A stretch of DNA of 43,430 nucleotides, from assembly GCA_043810925.1 (NCBI GenBank), contig JBDRNT010000062.1:1-43430 (forward strand), in the 5' to 3' direction. The position numbers and the translations under genes are program-made. Below, piece by piece: positions 20,422 through 30,274 of the stretch (position 1 is the stretch's first letter; every line of letters starts with the position of its first letter). This DNA comes from Candidatus Eiseniibacteriota bacterium. GTDB taxonomy: Bacteria > Arandabacterota > Arandabacteria > Arandabacterales > Arandabacteraceae. The notes beneath the pieces were generated by a model. The model was not told the DNA's origin. It was given only the letters and a program-made list of their open reading frames with translations, and made no database searches.

Positions 20422-20527
20422 ACACGATTGCTCAGCCCCGGCCAACCTGACTTCACCCATCAACGACATAGCAGCCTGGCCGGAACTGTTGAGGATTGGC
20501 TTGCCCCCTATGAGTCCGGCGCTGACA

Positions 20528-20556
20528 TTGACAGTACCCAACAACCCTGCTAGAAT
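20528..20556 (+). promoter_or_regulatory. Sigma70-type promoter
   Basis: TTGACA-17 nt-TAGAAT, 30 nt upstream of the TTG start with its GGGAGG RBS. Confidence 0.75.
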
Positions 20557-20585
20557 CGTCCAGTGAGGCTGACCGGGAGGAACGC

Positions 20586-21851
20586 TTGTCTCATTCTTCC
20601 ACGGCAAGAAGAGCATTGTGCGCGATTGCGGCGATCTTGCTGTTTGTATCACTCGAGCCGACCGCTGAGGCTGAGCCCACCTTGGGTGACTCGGCACGTG
20701 TTCAACGATGGATCACGGATCTCGAGTTCTTCGCAAAGGAGCTGCCGGAACGGCACGTTAATCTCTTTTTCACTCTTCCTGAGGACGAGTTCCGAGAGAG
20801 AATCGATGTTCTCAAGGCAGAGATTCCCAGACTCCAGGACTACGAGATCCTGGTCTCGCTCATGAGGATTCTGGCGGCGATCGGTGACTCCCACACCGGG
20901 CTGAACGTTGACAATACCGGGGCTTTCCACAGGCTGCCGGTCTCGCTGAACTGGTTCAGCGACGGGCTATACGTGGTTCGCACAACTCCGGACTATCGGG
21001 ACTTACTTGGCAAGCGCCTGGTTGGCATTGAAGGCAATCACGTCGATGAGGTGAGCCAGACGGTCAGTGAGGTCGTCGTTTTCGACAATTCGAGCCAGAT
21101 GAAACTCCGCGTTCCCGGAAGCATGGTAACTCCGGAGGTTCTCCTCGCTCTGGGTCTCGCGGCCAGCCGAGACTCCATACTTATTGATGTGGAAGGAGTG
21201 GGCGAGGTCTGGCTTAAGCCCCTTGAAGTAAAGGCGGACATGGAGTGGATCACTCTTCGCGATGAATTGGATTGCGCTTTGCCGCTCTACCTTCAGCATG
21301 CAGATTCGATCTACTGGTACCGATACCTCGCGGATTCGAAAACTGTGTATGTTCAATATCGTGCCTGCATCCAGATGGACGGCAGGCCGTTCAGCGCGTT
21401 CGCCGGGGAACTTCTTGACTTCATCGCCACCCACGAAGTCGCCAAACTCGCGATCGACTTGAGACTCAATGGAGGCGGTAGCTCTGCGATCGCGCGTCCT
21501 CTGATCGAGGGGCTCAGGGAAATGAAGAAGGTCAATCAAGAAGGCAGGCTCTTTGTGATCATCGGCCGCAGGACTTACTCGTCGGCGATGCTGAACTCGC
21601 TCGACTTCCGCGATAAGACACACGCGCTCTTCGTTGGTGAGGAAACCGGTGGTAAACCCAACCACTTCGGAGAAGTGGGATTCTTCATGCTTCAGGGAAC
21701 CTCAGCCATCGTTACGTTTTCTAAGAAGCACTTCATTCGCTCCTCGATCGATGCGCCATCGCTGAAGCCGGACATTGATGCTGGCATGTCAATCTCGGAT
21801 TATAAGTCCTGCAGAGACCCCGCACTGGAAGCGGTGTTAGGCTACGAGTAG
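20586..21851 (+). CDS. Secreted S41-family peptidase-like protein
   Basis: Signal peptide; DSHT, PDZ-like segment, IDLRLNGGG, TYSSA, GEETGG, LKPD. Confidence 0.82.
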   Translation: MSHSSTARRALCAIAAILLFVSLEPTAEAEPTLGDSARVQRWITDLEFFAKELPERHVNLFFTLPEDEFRERIDVLKAEIPRLQDYEILVSLMRILAAIGDSHTGLNVDNTGAFHRLPVSLNWFSDGLYVVRTTPDYRDLLGKRLVGIEGNHVDEVSQTVSEVVVFDNSSQMKLRVPGSMVTPEVLLALGLAASRDSILIDVEGVGEVWLKPLEVKADMEWITLRDELDCALPLYLQHADSIYWYRYLADSKTVYVQYRACIQMDGRPFSAFAGELLDFIATHEVAKLAIDLRLNGGGSSAIARPLIEGLREMKKVNQEGRLFVIIGRRTYSSAMLNSLDFRDKTHALFVGEETGGKPNHFGEVGFFMLQGTSAIVTFSKKHFIRSSIDAPSLKPDIDAGMSISDYKSCRDPALEAVLGYE

Positions 21852-22002
21852 TCACTGTCGGAGCGCAGGCGCGCCCCTCGATTCAGTCGGCCTTCCCCAT
21901 CGATTATCGCTACCTTCAGTGGATTATTACTCCGTCCTTAATGACGTACTCAATGCCTGGCACGTGGGCCGGATATCGAATGGCTTGATATCGAATGGCC
22001 GG

Positions 22003-24366
22003 CTAGGGTCCGACATATGGTCTTGATTGTCGATACAGATCGACACGGGTACCAATATCTGCGGCCAGATCGTGAGCGGCCAGCGCCAGGGCCAGCTCCA
22101 CCGCGGCCTGTGCTTCAGCCAAGGCCTTCGGATAATCTCCGCTGGCCGCGTAGGCCGCCGCCAGAGTGTCCAGGATCTCAGGCGCCTTGCGCCCCGTGAG
22201 CTCTGCAGCACGCTCGGCAAGACGGACCGCTTCTTCAGGCTGCCGGATGCCCCCATCGGGAACCGTCGCGAGCAGCCACGCAATCGTATTGAGGGCGAGC
22301 GGATCATCGGGTCTCTCCTCAAGAACGAATCTCAGGTTCTCAAGTGCCTCGGCATAGTCCCCGGTTGCGGCAAGCGCCATACCGATGCTGTAATGCACCT
22401 CGACGGAGTTTGGGATGCTCAGCATTGCCTGGCGGTAATGCTCGATGGCCTCCTCCGGCCTGCCTTTCCCCTGTAGCGAGATACCCAGGTTGTAGTGTGC
22501 AGAAGCATGCTGTGGATCATTGGCCAGGGCCTGACGGAAGTGTTCAATAGCCTCGTCGACTCTCCCCTGCCTGCCCCGCACAACACCCAGGTCGCACCAT
22601 CCCTGGGCGTCGCCGGGCTCCAGGATCAGCCCCTCGCGATAGCTGCCGGCGGCCTCTTCGAGCTTGCCCTGCGATGAGAGCACGGAACCCAGATTGAAGT
22701 AGACCGCCGAGAGCTCGGGCTTCAGATTCAGAGCCCGTCGATAGTGGGAAACCGCCTCAGTCAATCTGCCTGAAGCGGAAAGGGCGTTCCCGAAATTGGA
22801 ATGCACTTCCGCGAGATCAGGATCGATTTCGAGTGCCCGCTCATAGTGTTTAAGTGCTTCCGCGCGCTGATTCGTCGATTCAAGCACCAGAGCCAGATTG
22901 GCATATGCTTTAGCATTCCCAGGGTCCAGCCGAAGTGCTTCCTGAAGAGAGATCACCGCCTCATCCGTTCTGCCCAGCATTCCCAGCGCGTCGCCAAGGT
23001 TAACATGTGCCCCGACATGGTCCGGCTTGAGTTCCAGAGCCTGATTGAACTGCTCAACAGCTTCATCCGGACGGTCATCCTCCAGCAGCGCTAACCCGAG
23101 GTGGATACGTGCAATCCATGCTTCCGGGTTCCTCTGGATAGTGTCCTGCCACAAAGTATATTGGCTGGCAAAAACACCTGCCCTCTGCCAGGTCAGAGTC
23201 GCCAGGAGAGCAAGAGCAATACAGGCGACAGCCGTCGCCATCCACTTTCGAGCCACGGAGCGGCGCCCAAGCACGGTTACGGCGCCCACGACCAGGGCTA
23301 TCGGCCCGATCAGTCCAGCATACTGGAGATGGTCCGAGACAAGCGAGAGACGATAGAAGGACATGTTGAAGAAACCCAGCACCGGCAGCAGCATCACCAC
23401 GAAATAGGCCGTCGCAACCAGCAAGGGGCGACCCCAGGATGAGCGGCACCGCAGGGCTAAACCGATTACTGCTACCAGTCCCAGCAGCGGTAACCACGCA
23501 ACGGGCTGCCGCGGGTCCACATCCCACAGAGGATAGATCATGGACAGGCGAACCGGGAGCAGAGCCTTGTACAGGTAGAACCAGACGCACCACCCTGAAC
23601 CTGCGAGTCGTGACAGAAACCCCCCGGAACGGACCACCACTTGCCCGATCGCAGCATGGTATTGGTAGTAGACCGTTACCAGACCGAGCGCGAGTGACAT
23701 CACAAAAAACGGGATGCTGCGCCTGATATCGACCTTTGAGATACGTCCCCTGCGCCACCAGGCAAGCACCAGCATGGCCGCTGGCATCATGACAACAGAT
23801 GTCTTGGAAAGCAGCGCGAGCAAGAATGCCACGAGCGCCAGGACGTATGAAGAGCGCTTTCTGCTATCTTCGAATCTAAGGAAAGCCAGCACCGAAACCG
23901 CGTAGAACAGCATCGACAGCGTGTTCTTCCTCTCGGCGATCCATGCCACCGAGGCCACGGTTACAGGATGGACCGCGAAGACTGCTGCGGCCAAATATGC
24001 GCCCGGCACTCTCAGCCGCAGCAGTATCCGCCAGATAGCCAGGGCGGACAATGCGTGCAGGATCACATTGATCACATGATAACCCGCCGCATTCAGACCC
24101 CACAACCTCCACTCCACCCACAATGTGGTCGAAGTCAGGGGGAAGTAGTCCATCGGCTTGACTGTAAACCAGAAGTCACGCAAGCCTTGCGTTGAGCGGA
24201 TCATCTGATTGTCGGTGAGCAGCAGGTCGTCGTCCCAGATGAAGCCCGCATTCATTGCCGGGATGTAAACGACCGCCGCCAGAGCCACCAGGCCGAGCGA
24301 TGCCATTACCAGACGCAGGAGCCCGCGCCGGTCCGGTCCACCTTCATCCTGTCTCTTCCGAGTCAT
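22003..24366 (-). CDS. Multi-pass membrane protein with C-terminal TPR array (TMTC/GT-C-like)
   Basis: FIWDD acidic loop, YHVINVILH, FAVHP..VxSVAWIAERK, ALLSK, SDHLQY, then about nine TPRs. Confidence 0.88.
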   Translation of the reverse strand: MTRKRQDEGGPDRRGLLRLVMASLGLVALAAVVYIPAMNAGFIWDDDLLLTDNQMIRSTQGLRDFWFTVKPMDYFPLTSTTLWVEWRLWGLNAAGYHVINVILHALSALAIWRILLRLRVPGAYLAAAVFAVHPVTVASVAWIAERKNTLSMLFYAVSVLAFLRFEDSRKRSSYVLALVAFLLALLSKTSVVMMPAAMLVLAWWRRGRISKVDIRRSIPFFVMSLALGLVTVYYQYHAAIGQVVVRSGGFLSRLAGSGWCVWFYLYKALLPVRLSMIYPLWDVDPRQPVAWLPLLGLVAVIGLALRCRSSWGRPLLVATAYFVVMLLPVLGFFNMSFYRLSLVSDHLQYAGLIGPIALVVGAVTVLGRRSVARKWMATAVACIALALLATLTWQRAGVFASQYTLWQDTIQRNPEAWIARIHLGLALLEDDRPDEAVEQFNQALELKPDHVGAHVNLGDALGMLGRTDEAVISLQEALRLDPGNAKAYANLALVLESTNQRAEALKHYERALEIDPDLAEVHSNFGNALSASGRLTEAVSHYRRALNLKPELSAVYFNLGSVLSSQGKLEEAAGSYREGLILEPGDAQGWCDLGVVRGRQGRVDEAIEHFRQALANDPQHASAHYNLGISLQGKGRPEEAIEHYRQAMLSIPNSVEVHYSIGMALAATGDYAEALENLRFVLEERPDDPLALNTIAWLLATVPDGGIRQPEEAVRLAERAAELTGRKAPEILDTLAAAYAASGDYPKALAEAQAAVELALALAAHDLAADIGTRVDLYRQSRPYVGP

Positions 24367-24663
24367 ACTTGCGGTCCCATCCTCTCGAGATCTACGCTTC
24401 CCGCATAAGCTAACCTTATATCATCCATCCAGACAGTGATACCATCCCCGAGTGCTGTTCTGCAAGAGCATGTTCTCAGGCGTCGGACAACTACGGGAGT
24501 GGTGGTACCATCATTGGGTAGGGCTGCCATGGAGCAAGGCTGGGCCCGGGTATAATACGCCGCGTTCGGATGTGGCTTCTTCCGTCCCTTCGACTCCCAT
24601 GGGAATTGACTATCGCTGACGTGCTGGCTCATCTTCTGATATCATTGTTCGTGGAGGTGCAGA

Positions 24664-25449
24664 GTGGCGAGGCGAATGCGCAGGTTCTTCATCCCGGTAT
24701 CGGTGACCGCGCTTTCGGTAATCGGGACCCTGGGGGCGTTTGAGCTCGGCATACGTTTATTCAGCCCTCAGACTCACTTCAGTGTTGCGGTGAATGTCTG
24801 GGACAGGCGGCTGGGGCCGAAGCAGGTACCCGAGTGCAAGGGGCGGTTAAAAACTCAAGAATTCGACATAAGTATAGTGATAAACTCCAAAGGCCTTCGC
24901 GATCGTGAGTGTGCCTACTCCAAGCCGGACAGTACCAGGGGCGTACTGTGTCTTGGGGATTCATTCACCTTCGATTCACCTTCGGGTACGGTGTCGAATG
25001 TGAGGAGACATACGCAAAGGTACTTGAGAATCTGCCTTGACTATGGAAGAGCCAATGGAATGCGTTGGCAGGTCGTAAACGCCGGTGTCAACGGCACAGG
25101 TACCGCGCACCAACTCGCATACCTGGAAACTGAGGGCCTTAAGTATAATCCCGACATAGTCACGGTCTGCATCTGCGGAGTGAATGACTTCTCCGACAAC
25201 AGCATGTATGGATTGTACACTCTTGAGGATGGAGGACTTGTAAGACACGAGGCCCGCCTGTCCGGTCCCATCAGACTCCGACAAATCATGCAGTATCTGC
25301 CCGGGTACAGGACCATCTTCGGCAGATCTCATCTCATTACCTTCATCAAACACCGGATCGCCAGACATGCCTATGCCAGACATGCCTCCAAGTCTAAGGA
25401 TCAGGCTGCCTATTCTACGCAGTCAAGGATCCCAGCCCTGCCAATGTGA
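24664..25449 (+). pseudogene. SGNH/GDSL hydrolase, internally frameshifted and C-terminally truncated
   Basis: INSKGLRD, LGDSFTF, VNAGV and GVND blocks present; 11-bp duplication plus a compensating base; no DxxH block before the stop. Confidence 0.72.
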
Positions 25450-25958
25450 GGCTGTCAGATCGTAGGGATTTGGTTTTCATGAGTTAGGGCGAGGTGGGAG
25501 TTTCCGGGGTGTTCTGAGCGAATAGTCAGGGGCTGGAGTCGGGATGAGACATCCAGGCTGGGGTGTCGGATCTCGGGAATACCTGGTGGGTGCCTGAAGG
25601 CGGCGGAGCCGGTTAACTGGGAGCCATATACAGGCAGACTCATGATGCCCAGATTCACCAAGCGCATGTCCAGGAAGGCCTGACATACCCAGGCTTCAGT
25701 GCGGTGGGGTACAAGTGGCCCGGGATGAGGCGGGGCAAGCCGGCGGTGGGCTAAATCACGGCATCTCATGACGCAATCGCCAGCCCTTGACATAATGGTT
25801 GGATCTTCGGATAGTCTGCACGAGGTCCTATATTGCAGGGTATATGTTCGCATTCTCAGACAAACGCCGGTGAGAAAATGATCGGGCATTGGGATGCTGT
25901 ACCCAGAGGCGAACGGTTGTCGGGGGAGGAACCGGACTAATCTCGAAGGAGGTCGCCA

Positions 25959-26735
25959 ATGAAGTCACGCGTGAATGGACTGTCCGTGGGCGCGGCCGCA
26001 GCTCTGATGGTCGCGTTTGCAATGGCGGCGACAGTGCTGACCCCGGATGACGCTCACTCCAATCTGGTCACCAACGGGGATTTCGCGGGTGGATGGCACT
26101 ATGATGCCACCGGCGTGCCGCCCCCCGATACGATTCCGAACTCCTGGTATAAGTTGGAGACCCTCATGCACAGCGGGCCTGATGATTCTCACATTGGTCC
26201 TGCGGCAGATGGCGCCAGCCTCTATTGGGACAGGTGGATGAGTGATTCGCACGGGGACTGGACATGCGTGAAACAGGATCTCGCGATTGACATCACACAG
26301 AATCCATGTCTGGAGCTTTCGATCGACATTATGATCTTCTACCACAACCTTCCCGGGAGCGGCTACACTATAGAGGAATGGGAATTCCCGGCGAATGTTG
26401 AGGTTTACTTCGTAGACACTGGCGGGCGCGATAGGTTCTGGCACTTCGGTTGGTACGAGCATATCGACCATCAGCCACCTAACGGCTATATTCTTCCGGA
26501 CAGCTCAGGAATCGTTTATTCCAAGCAAGTCCCCTGTTGGGTTTGGTGCTATGAGACTTTCGACCTGGTGGCTCAACTCAGGACGCTGGCGGAACCTGCC
26601 GTCATAACCGGCATCATGGTCGGTGGCTCCGGTTGGGATTTCTCCGGCAAGGCCGATAACGTCCGGATCGAACCTTCGGGGCCTTCGGCTACCAGTCAGA
26701 CGGCCTGGGGATCGATCAAGGCTCTATACAGGTAA
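25959..26735 (+). CDS. Secreted hypothetical protein (possible carbohydrate-binding-like fold) with C-terminal WGSIKALYR motif
   Basis: AAGGAGG RBS, signal peptide, NLVTNGDF...DNVRI, tail SQTAWGSIKALYR. Confidence 0.8.
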   Translation: MKSRVNGLSVGAAAALMVAFAMAATVLTPDDAHSNLVTNGDFAGGWHYDATGVPPPDTIPNSWYKLETLMHSGPDDSHIGPAADGASLYWDRWMSDSHGDWTCVKQDLAIDITQNPCLELSIDIMIFYHNLPGSGYTIEEWEFPANVEVYFVDTGGRDRFWHFGWYEHIDHQPPNGYILPDSSGIVYSKQVPCWVWCYETFDLVAQLRTLAEPAVITGIMVGGSGWDFSGKADNVRIEPSGPSATSQTAWGSIKALYR

Positions 26736-26899
26736 TCAGGGAAGAGCACCATCGGGCGGTAGCTGGCTGCCTGCCTGTTGACGATTTCCTGATGGGTGCT
26801 AAGATGCGGGGACACCAATTGATGCCTCCATCGTGAGAGCAGCAGCATGGCCGAAGAGCATAAGCAGCATCCGGCTTCACCTGGGACTATCAGAAGCAG

Positions 26900-26992
26900 T
26901 GGCTCCCCGGACAAGTGTCTCAGAGCGTGGTCTTGTGGGATAGTGTGGCAGCTGCAACAAAACGGATTGCCAAGGGGCACGTGAGGCTGTCG
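26900..26992 (+). repeat. Dispersed att-like element, copy 1 (long form)
   Basis: TGGCTCCCCGGACAAGTGTCTCAGAGCGTGGTCTTGTGGGAT...GTGAGGCTGTCG; 71/93 identical to copy 6 without gaps. Confidence 0.92.
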
Positions 26993-27265
26993 GCCGCACC
27001 TTGTTCAAATGGACTCAACACCGATCGCACGAGCCAAACGATTGCCCTCGCGGCATGCTACCCTATCCTCGCATTGGCGAGTTCCTGACCAAGACCTGTT
27101 CGCCGGCCCGCCTAATCGGAAACTGCACAAAAGGTCAAGAGATTGTGCGCATCAGAGACCTTTGGCGGAGTCTCTGAGGTTGAGCCTGGTTCCCCCGGCC
27201 ACACCTCTGGAGGATATGCATGCTCAGCTACCTGTCATTTGCCTGTACAGGGATGATTTTACTCA

Positions 27266-27727
27266 TCACCTCGCCGGAGAATCTTCGAGGATAATCTCTA
27301 GTTCCCGGCTCCTCTTCAGCCAGGCTTCAGGCTCCGCAGAGAATTGCCCTTTGCTTGTAGCGCAACAGAAATATACCCTCTTCCCTGCATAGTCTGTATA
27401 AATGCTCCTGTTGACCGGCTTACCGGACATTATGTCTCTGGTTTGTCGTTGAGGTGTCTGGGGCGCCACCTTCTTTGTTGCAGGTCTCTCGACCTCCTGA
27501 GCAGGCATCTCCTGGGCTTTTGGCGCGACTTTCCCCACCTCTTGAATAGGTTTCTCCTCTGCCTTTACTGTGACTTCCGCCGCCTCTTGAATCGGTTTCT
27601 TCTCTTCCTGTACTGCGACTTCCGCCGACTCTTGGCTGGGCCTCTCCTCCCTGGCACAAGAGACAACCATGAGTGGTGCTGCCATAAGTGATAGCAGCAA
27701 GATGATTGAGAGTAGTCTGCACATCAT
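27266..27727 (-). CDS. Lipoprotein-like protein with low-complexity linker and C-terminal YHS domain
   Basis: AGGAGG RBS, signal ending VVSC, DIMSGKPVN...YAGKRVYFCC. Confidence 0.8.
   Translation of the reverse strand: MMCRLLSIILLLSLMAAPLMVVSCAREERPSQESAEVAVQEEKKPIQEAAEVTVKAEEKPIQEVGKVAPKAQEMPAQEVERPATKKVAPQTPQRQTRDIMSGKPVNRSIYTDYAGKRVYFCCATSKGQFSAEPEAWLKRSRELEIILEDSPAR
27492..27635 (-). repeat. Three 45-nt (15-aa) tandem repeats in the YHS protein linker
   Basis: GACTT anchors at 27527, 27572 and 27617; AEVAVQEEKKPIQEA/AEVTVKAEEKPIQEV/GKVAPKAQEMPAQEV. Confidence 0.85.
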
Positions 27728-27773
27728 ACGCCTCCTGTTAGAGTAGAATCAGGCAATACTCCTCCACCTGTTC

Positions 27774-28208
27774 TCATTTGCTAAGGTTCAACACATAAAG
27801 GCTGGCAATGCCCAGAGGCAAACCAATCGCTTTGGGCAATGACATTCCCTCCTCGAAGAAAGTGACCCCCACTGCTGACATCGTCAACACCCCACCGACC
27901 AGAACAAGGGGCCCAGCCACAGACAAGCTGCCCCCCAACCTGAAAATAGCGAAGTACAGGACTGTCCCTATTCCCATACAGACACCCGCGATAACTGAAA
28001 ACAGAAGCCCAGCCTTACTGAGATTGAGCAGATTCGTTCCACCAAAGCCCGAGATCGCGATATACCCCAAGATCAGGAACGCAGGCGTGAATTCCAACAC
28101 CAACCCGCCAAACTGGTCAGAGATCTTGCCGGAAGCGAGCTTTGTGAACACATTATGAAGTCCATATAGTACAGCCGCGATAAACGTCGCAATTCTCCAG
28201 GATTCCAT
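27774..28208 (-). CDS. Small EamA/DMT-family transporter
   Basis: About five hydrophobic helices, FFEEGMS..KAIG; start moved to MESWR after GAAGGAAG. Confidence 0.8.
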   Translation of the reverse strand: MESWRIATFIAAVLYGLHNVFTKLASGKISDQFGGLVLEFTPAFLILGYIAISGFGGTNLLNLSKAGLLFSVIAGVCMGIGTVLYFAIFRLGGSLSVAGPLVLVGGVLTMSAVGVTFFEEGMSLPKAIGLPLGIASLYVLNLSK

Positions 28209-28355
28209 AAGAACTTCCTTCAACCCGGTGCATCGACAGATTCTCCCATGATCCACACGGAATGGTTTTCAGCGATTGCGTTGGATGATGTCACAGTTCG
28301 AACCCCGCAATGGGGCAGTCTGTGCGAACTGCGAACATTCGTCTGCAGAAACCGA

Positions 28356-28760
28356 TTATGCCGGCAGAGGAGGGCCTCGTATTGAAAAGGAAGCGATATG
28401 CCAGCTAATCTTGGGTAGACTGAGACCGTCAAACACTTCCCCCGGACACTTCACCGGCGCAGACGGTGCTGAGAAGGAGGAGATGAGAGCTATAGGCAGA
28501 GATCTGAAGACCGAAGGTTTCGCATGATAATGAAGATATGTCCAGTCTCCCTCAAAATGGTTGTACTCCTCACCATGATGATCGGTCTCAACCGGCTCAG
28601 TGTTATAATGTCTGACGGGATGGGAGCTAAGTGTCAGCTGGGTACGCTGGCTCTCTTCAGCAAGATGAACATGGATATAGGGGTACATCTGGCCAACAAG
28701 AACATGAATGACCAGTAAGAACGCGATTGAGTTTCTGAGATGTTTATCCATATCAGACAC
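28356..28760 (-). CDS. His-rich small protein with N-terminal hydrophobic segment and C-terminal RGPP (DUF2946/CzcI-like)
   Basis: GGGAGGG RBS 7 nt before GTG 28760 (alternative ATG 28751); HVH, HHGEEYNH, HYH; ends SIRGPPLPA. Confidence 0.65.
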   Translation of the reverse strand: MSDMDKHLRNSIAFLLVIHVLVGQMYPYIHVHLAEESQRTQLTLSSHPVRHYNTEPVETDHHGEEYNHFEGDWTYLHYHAKPSVFRSLPIALISSFSAPSAPVKCPGEVFDGLSLPKISWHIASFSIRGPPLPA

Positions 28761-28965
28761 TACTCGACCCTCCCGTGTTTCATTGAACCATAAATCCGTA
28801 TTTCGGTTCCACAGATATTCCATATGCCCGTGCGGAGAAGGGTTCAGGTGTCCACCACGTCTTCTAAGGGTTTCTCCCTGCCAAACACTGCGTACAGTCT
28901 CCGGCGTGATGTGGAGTGCGAGACCGATACCGGGTGGCACTGTCAGCAAGAATTCTCAAGAGAGA

Positions 28966-29007
28966 TGGCTCCCCTGAGAAATGTCTGAGGGTGCGGTTCT
29001 GTGGGAT
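28966..29007 (+). repeat. Dispersed att-like element, copy 2 (degenerate)
   Basis: TGGCTCCCCTGAGAAATGTCTGAGGGTGCGGTTCTGTGGGAT; ungapped match to the 42-nt core. Confidence 0.85.
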
Positions 29008-29104
29008 GTTATAGCGGTTGCGGCAAACACGTGGTTATGATCAGAAGACGGGACGCCTCGGCAGCCTATCCACCTCGAGGCCGACTGTCACATCAAGTCT
29101 GAGT

Positions 29105-29479
29105 TCATTCATCGTCCGAAGAGACAACTTCGAAAAACATCACAGGGCCGGCTTCGGTCATTATTGGGTCCTCAATCGCGGAGATGATCTGTTCCGGGCT
29201 GGTCTTATCAGGTTGATACCATATGTCAACCTGCCTTCTTCCTGCATACACCGTGATACTGACAAGCCCGGCCAGTGACCCGATGTGTTCACGAAGGGAT
29301 TCAGCGGTTCCATAGCAGTGGATGCCCTGCACGGTGAAAGTGGTGTGGGCCACTTTTCCTTCGACGCTCTCAGCATATCTGAAGGTCAGCGTCGGTATTC
29401 TCACCGCACGCGCACCAAGTATCCCCGCAAAGGTGAGTACGATAATCACTGCCGGGATTATCCAGACCTTTCTTGTCAA
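29105..29479 (-). CDS. Membrane-anchored HMA-like domain protein
   Basis: N-terminal TM, FTVQGIHCYGT, YQPDKTSPEQIISAIE; AGGAGAGG RBS. Confidence 0.75.
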   Translation of the reverse strand: MTRKVWIIPAVIIVLTFAGILGARAVRIPTLTFRYAESVEGKVAHTTFTVQGIHCYGTAESLREHIGSLAGLVSITVYAGRRQVDIWYQPDKTSPEQIISAIEDPIMTEAGPVMFFEVVSSDDE

Positions 29480-29491
29480 TTCCCTCTCCTG

Positions 29492-30274
29492 CTATATCCC
29501 AATGTCCAATGCCCCTTTCCGGGAACATGTAGCGACGCAGTCCAGGCAACTAGTACAGTCGGACCTGGCAACCTTCGCCAGAGTTGATACAGGGATGCGT
29601 TGAAGGCACCCTGCGTCACAGGCACCACAACCATTACAGCGCGCATCATTACGTGTTACCTTCAGTAATCCTATCCTTGACAGTGGGGTCATCACTGCGC
29701 CAAGCGGACAAAGGTATCGACACCAAGCCATCTCAAATAGGAATGTCGCTGCCAGGACACCGCCTAAAATACTCAGACTCACCACGGGAATCAACCCGTG
29801 CCCCCTACCACCGGTGAATAATATATAGAAAGGATCATACCCCCTGAAGATCAGTTCAGAGGTCCAGAAAGTGAAAACCAGGATCAAGCCAAGGACTACG
29901 TATCTCAGATTCACCAGTATTCTATCTATGATGTCGGGCACTCTCAGAGTGTCTCGTCCCATGACCCTTTTTCGCACCCAAACCAGAGACTCGAAGATTG
30001 TTCCCAGCGGGCAGACCCAGCTACAGAAGCCTTTCTTCATGACGATGACTCCCACCAAGACCGCCAGAGCGATGCTCACGTTCATCTCATTGAGAGCACA
30101 GATGAACTGCTGTCTACTCAGAAGGCCATAGATGGAAACCACACCGCCCATAGGGCAATAGTACTCAACCGTCTTAGCACTGGTACCTGCAAGCCCGCGT
30201 ATCAGAAGGGATATGGCGCCCCCGAGGAAGAAGAGCTGGAATAACCGTCTTGTGACTCTTATCTTAGCCATCAC
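29492..30274 (-). CDS. Membrane 4Fe-4S binding protein (NapH/YccM/MauN-like)
   Basis: YCPMG, FCSWVCPLG, WCRYLCPLG, CNGCGACDAGC, CTSCLDCVATC. Confidence 0.9.
   Translation of the reverse strand: MMAKIRVTRRLFQLFFLGGAISLLIRGLAGTSAKTVEYYCPMGGVVSIYGLLSRQQFICALNEMNVSIALAVLVGVIVMKKGFCSWVCPLGTIFESLVWVRKRVMGRDTLRVPDIIDRILVNLRYVVLGLILVFTFWTSELIFRGYDPFYILFTGGRGHGLIPVVSLSILGGVLAATFLFEMAWCRYLCPLGAVMTPLSRIGLLKVTRNDARCNGCGACDAGCLQRIPVSTLAKVARSDCTSCLDCVATCSRKGALDIGI

Noticed and set aside
25446-25456. GTGAGGCTGTC matching the tail of copy 1 at the SGNH truncation point
   Set aside because: Only 11 nt and the core is absent; cannot be separated from chance.
28975-28977. In-frame TGA in copy 2 (and copy 4) as selenocysteine
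   Set aside because: The codons align with Gly/Gln rather than Cys; simple decay explains them.
29020-29070. GGCAAAC...GGGACGC resembling a c-di-GMP-I riboswitch
   Set aside because: No GAAA-capped stem, no GCAAA and no second stem.
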